Shown here: one piece after another, positions 58,733 through 64,000 of the stretch | Position numbering within the stretch: the first letter of the stretch is position 1 | How the letters are laid out: each line of letters starts with the position of its first letter | From: Macrostomum lignano | Taxonomy: Eukaryota | NCBI GenBank assembly: GCA_002269645.1 | Contig: NIVC01002252.1 | Location: 1 to 64,000, forward strand | Length of the DNA: 64,000 nt | Direction of reading: 5' to 3' | The notes under the pieces: generated by a model | Told to the model about the DNA's origin: nothing | Databases searched by the model: none | What the model saw: the letters and a program-made list of their open reading frames with translations, nothing else | Program-made: the position numbers and the translations under genes

Positions 58733-59542
58733 ATATTTTTCCGAGTCAAAATTCAGTCAACCTGTTTGTTTTCTGATGCTAGCTAACAGTTTAAAGAAGT
58801 TTTCGAAGAACAAGTGCAATTCTTTATATATGTAGGCCCTATGTACCTCTGAAATGGTGAATTGATAGATCTGGTCTTTGGTTGCGGTCGGGTTTTTCGT
58901 TAAGAGTAGACTTACTACTCGTAGTAGGCTTATAATATTGATTTTTGTACTTCCAGTAGCAGAGGCCCTGCAATGAGATTCTGGGAAATAGCTATGTGCT
59001 CCAAGGATCATAAGCCAGGCAGTATGTCATAGTCTAGCTGAACAGGTTACTAATACTGGTATCCCAAGCGGACTGATTCATGATTCATGCTATGCAGTTT
59101 CTAGCGATCAACCGAATTCTTGATTGCTTATGTAGATGTAACATTAATCATATTCTACGAGCTATTTTAAGAATTTTTAGATTTGCAAGCGCATGTCGTT
59201 ACCTTCATACTAGCCGTACAAAAACAATTTGTATTCCCTGTACATGAAAGTCGCTTTGTAGGTTGTTACTATACTCACATGGGTTTTTACTTGTATTTTC
59301 GCTTTACTCTTATCCCTTCCGCTCAGAAATTTGCAGCCTAGAAGTACGCATTTTGCTGAAATTGAGACTGAAGGGTAGAATTTTTGTATAAATTGCAGGA
59401 AAGCCACATACTGATACATGTACTTGATTTAGAAAGAAATTTAATGGTTAAAAGTTAGTACCAAATAAAAAATTACTAAAATTAATTCGATTCAATTACG
59501 TTTCTAGTCTTAGTATAGCTTCATAGCTTGAATAGTTTTGCA

Positions 59543-61233
59543 ATGTCTGATAAGTTGAACAATGGAATTTTCAAACTTTCTTTTGCGCTTCTGCATGTGA
59601 AAGTCTTCATCTTGTTGTTATTGGTTTCAAAGTAAGAACCGAACAAAATACTTTTTTTTAAAATATTGCATCCGATTGGACGTCAAACCTTATTGTGCCG
59701 AATTTCAGACACCATGCCGCAAATCACTATTGTGTGAGCGGACTGACGCTGAGTCTGCGACTCGACGATTTCTACCACAGAGACGAGCTCATCATTCCGC
59801 AACTGACAGATGAGTCTGAGCGAAGTTTGATAAAGCACAGGACCTGTAAGTGGGCCGTCAAAGCGGACTCCCGAAGGAGGGATCTTCAACTCGTGCTGGA
59901 AGGGCGACCAGCTGGTTCTGGGAAAAACCCTGTCAGTTTAAACATTCACTACTCGCCAGGTTCAAGAGGATGGGCGGCTGTGTCGCCTGGAATGTTTCGA
60001 GTATTTCCGTTGGCAAAGGGGCAAGTTTTATTTTGCTGACGTCATACAGTGTTTGCATGTAGCAGGTCATACCTATATAGATAAACGGAATAGCACATGC
60101 TAAATATAGAGCTTTGCTTTCATTTTGCTTAAAACGCGTGTAATAAAAGTGAGCCACTAAACACGTCATACAAACAAAATAATGTCTTGCTTGGTGCCTT
60201 AGGATGATATCGATTCTAATGAAAATTTTCTTTCCAGCAATCAGTTCAATGTGGAGACAAACTGGGATACGAGATACCAGAATAGAAGCATGTCAAACCT
60301 GAGGATTGTCCTGCCACTTCCCGGGTTCTGCAGCCGGGAAATGCTCAGCTTCAATAGAAAATGCTACGCCGTGAGCTCAGCAAAGCAGAATGCTTCAGCC
60401 GCAATGTCCAGCATTGAAGGCGATGCTCAGCTGGCCAGCTTCTCCAGCATGGTTGAGATCAGCGACTTCATTGCTGCCAGTGAGTGAGCATCGTCTTAGA
60501 TTAAAATATAGGCTATGATTTCGAAATTCAATAATACTGTTTTCATCATTTCAGACAGCGAAAAGCTGCAGGAGTTTCCCTACAGAAGGCCCCTGAGCCT
60601 GGGCCAGCCGGTCCGTCTCGGGATGTTTCTGAACGCATCCGCTGCCACAATGCTGTCCTTAGTCAAGAGTGACAGCGGCTGCCTGCTGCTACAGCCTGTG
60701 ACAGATTTCAAGGACTTTCTGTAAACTTTTACTTTATCTTTATTTTGTTCTTAAAAATGAAAGAATGACAGAAAGAGTATTAATAATTTTTCTTCAGACT
60801 ATCGGACAAAGTGGCGGGACCATGCGTGTCGCTGAGTGTGACCGAGTCAGAAACAGCGGTTGTCGAGCTCGTTAACTGCAGCAGCCCGATGCTGTCGCTG
60901 CTGAGCTTCCCGGAGACTGCGCGCTCCGTGCCAAGCTCAGTGAAGTGCAGGGATATGGAGCTTGAGAATCTTATTCGTCTGAAAAGCTGTCATCAAGAAA
61001 CAGCCTCAGCTACTTCCACAGTAACTGTCAATGCTCCAATACAACCCGTTTTTTTCGACGAATCCCATGCCTCAGATTTTAGTTTTCAAATCCTGATTTT
61101 GGCCTTGTGTTTGACTTTCCTGCTGATTTCGGGCATCGCATACTTTGTTGTCGCAAAGTCTGACTCTAGTAATACTCGCGAAGTTCTCAAAGTATTTGTT
61201 CGCCGAGATCTTAAAGGCATTGAAAATTTATAA
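59543..61233 (+). CDS. Family B receptor B3: signal peptide, CUB-like domain, degenerate C-type-lectin-like domain, stalk, TM, short tail (about 414 aa)
   Basis: Exons 59543-59631, 59709-60020 (GC donor), 60238-60479, 60555-60720, 60798-61233; stop-free. CTLD-like C..MLSFNRKCYAVS...AQLASFSS...E, RLG, CVSL...NC; TM ILILALCLTFLLISGIAYFVVA. Confidence 0.78.
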
Positions 61234-62294
61234 TCTATACGAAGAAAAAACTTGCTGCATTTTTACTAACGGCGTAGCTGTGATGGCTAAATAAATTCAG
61301 TAGGTGAGCCTAGTCGTCCGAGTACTGTAGACTAGAGAATCAAACTTCTACCCGAGATCCCTAGCTCGTCAGCCGCAAAACTAATCTTGTCTAGGTATAG
61401 TAGCTCTATGCAGCGTCTCTAAAAATAATAAATGTTATTTTTTCTTCTGAACCTTTATCAATTCACATGATGATGTCTTTTTTAATGATAGCAAGTACGT
61501 AGTAATTAAACAAATTGCAAAATTTAAATACAATTTAAATTGTTTACGCTGCGGTCTGGGATTCTTGTTACTATGGCTCTGACTATGATTTCTATGACGA
61601 GTAGTTTGAGCCAAAATAACTGAGACGGCCGATTTCAGCTCAATCTGATCTGGAGATGTTTGAGAACGGGTGCTCTTTGCTAGATTGACTGAGTCAGTCT
61701 GCTAAATCTGAGTAGTTCGGTTATCTTATGAAAGTGTCTATTCAGGTCGGAGATTACTTAGTGCAATAGAGCTAGGGCGAGAGAGCGAGAATCTTATGTG
61801 TCCAGTCCTATTCTTTGTAAAAACAACTAAAAGCACAGGTTGGCCATTGATGCTGCCTGCAGCAGCCACTGTTTTACGTCGCAATTAACATTTTCGTCTC
61901 TGTCAGTTTTCTGCGTACATTTTTTGTCTCTGCAATGCATGACAATCTGGATAGAGTGTTACGGTCTAGCTATATATATGTACAGATAAAGCATATTGAG
62001 TCTTTTCTAACTGTGTAAGTACTCATTTGCGGTAGCTAACTACCTTAAATTTAATTATTTTTTCGGACTTACAAGCTACCATTTTCTGTCTCAGCTGGGC
62101 AAGACCGAATCTGGAGCTAAATTTTAACTGAGGCAATTCCAAAGACCAAGGGAATTCCACACTATATATATATAAAGTCCATATATATGCATAAGCCATT
62201 AATTTTTACCTTTGAATTGTCTTATCTGTTCTAATTGCACTAATTGGTTTGAATCTCAGAGTTTTGAAAACACAAGACCTAACTAGAAAGCGAC

Positions 62295-64000
62295 ATGCCA
62301 GAAGAAGTTGGCAGATCACTGTGGTCAGCATCAGTTCTACTTCTCTGCTTGTTCTCAGTCTGCAAGCTTAAACCGTAAGTTCAGAAAAGCTCTTTTCCCT
62401 TTAACTGTTGCTGAGAAGCTCGAACGAGCGTATATTTTTTGAAAAAAAGAACATTATTCTAGTTATTTGTGATAATATTTTTGATATACGTCATAAGTTA
62501 TATACGATATATGACATACATGTATTTGATATATGTCATACGTCTAGTTTATGTTTGCGCTAGTAGTTTTGATTAAGTTTATTTGAATTGCTGTGACTCT
62601 TAGAATCTGACGTGCATGTAATAATCTAGCGTACGCGCTATAACAAAAAGTAGATAAATGCCACAAATTAAGTATCGAATCGTTATAAAAGTTTCAAAAA
62701 ACCAACCTGCTCGTCAAAAACCTGACAGGTGCCTATCAGAGAATCATTACTGCCCAATGGCCACCGAATTTACGGTTCTGCTTGATGATTACAGCCACAG
62801 AAATGCGACATTCATTCCGAGAAGTCAAGATGGAATTAACGATGGTCCTATTGTAACGGGGCGCTGCAAGTGGACCGTTAAAATCAAAGCGCCAGAAAAT
62901 CAGCAAGTTTTGGTGCAAAGACTTCCCGGAATTCCAGCTAAAAATTCTATCAAGCGAAATTCTAGCCTCCTACAGAATGTACTAATCTCCAACCAAAAAG
63001 GACTCAACGACGAGATACGTAGCGCTTCATTTTCTGTGCATTCAGCGCAAAAAAGGTAAGCATGTACAAAAAACTCCTATCAAAAAATTTCCTAAATAAT
63101 TTTTGCGCATCTTTCTTGTCATAATTTAGAAGCAAGTTTGAAATTTCAATCACCTGGGAGGCGGGCAGCTTAAAATCTTACGGCGACTTAGACAATGTTA
63201 GAGTCATGCTACCAATACCTGGATACTGCAGTCGCACCATGCTGGCCTTCAATGGGAAGTGCTATGCTATGAGTGCAGTTGAACAAAATGTCACCGACGC
63301 CATGTCCAGCGTCAGGGGCGATGCTCAGCTGGCCAGCTTCTCAAGCATGACTGACATCTGCGAGTTCGTTGCAGCCAGTGAGAAAATGTTTGGTTCAAAT
63401 GTCAGAGCCGGTGTTTTATTTCATTTATTGTACACATTGAAAATAAAAAAATAACTTTTTCAGACAAAGCAAGAGCAAATGAGTATCCATACAGACGGCC
63501 TCTCCATCTGAGCCAGCGGGTCCGTCTCGGCATGTTTCTCGATTCAGCCGATGCGACAGTGCTGTCCGTGGTCAGGAGTGACAGCGGCTGCCTGCTGAAG
63601 CCTGTAGCTAACTTGGATGAATTCAGGTGAGACTCAAGCTCAATTATTGATTTACTCGCATACCCGATTGTAATAAAATGTATCTTCGAAACTTTTTCAG
63701 AGTAACTGGCGGAGTGACAGGTTCATGTCTGTCTCTCAGAGCGACCGAGTCAGACACGGTGATAGTCGAGCTCGGCGACTGCAGCAGCCCGATGCTGTCG
63801 CTACTGAGCTTCCCGGAGACTGCGCGCTCCGTGCCGAGCTCAGCGCACTGCAATGGCAGCGAGCTGATTGGCCTGATCCACCAACTGCTCAGTCCTGCTG
63901 CAAGTCTGTTCTCTGCAAGTCTGAGAATTTCTGCTGTCACGACTAGTCCAGATATTAAAGCTGCAGCCATACCATTTGAACTCATAATTGTTTCTGGGTG
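62295..64000 (+). CDS. Family B receptor B4, partial (runs off the window)
   Basis: Exons 62295-62374, 62729-63055, 63130-63377, 63464-63626, 63701-end; all GT-AG and stop-free; CKWTVKIKAPENQQVLV is CUB-like. Confidence 0.75.

Overview
Eukaryotic (metazoan invertebrate) genomic DNA with many short spliceosomal introns. Composition and heavy minisatellite load resemble the flatworm Macrostomum, but that is inference only. Hand splice-modelling shows a dense, all-plus-strand cluster of two unrecognised type I membrane receptor families. Family A (7 copies, A1-A7): signal peptide, discoidin/F5-8C-like domain, 3-4 atypical Ig-like domains, TM, tyrosine-motif tail. A3, A4, A5 and A7 model as intact (A3 and A7 via a GA donor); A1, A2 and A6 are disrupted. 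Family B (4 copies, B1-B4): signal peptide, CUB-like domain, degenerate C-type-lectin-like domain, TM, short tail. B3 models as intact, B4 runs off the window, B1 is fused to a mariner remnant and B2 carries a nonsense codon. The block A1-A2-A3-B1 (1-18.8 kb) is duplicated as A5-A6-A7-B3 (37.5-61.2 kb). Every A gene has a 39-42 bp minisatellite in intron 2. The exons around it are about 96-99% identical between paralogues whose other exons are barely alignable, which suggests repeat-anchored gene conversion. The window also holds a full-length Loa/R1-type LINE with RNase H and a 9-bp TSD, two Tc1/mariner remnants, two tRNA-derived SINE families and several locally born satellites. Domain names come from motif recognition by eye, not from database searches.
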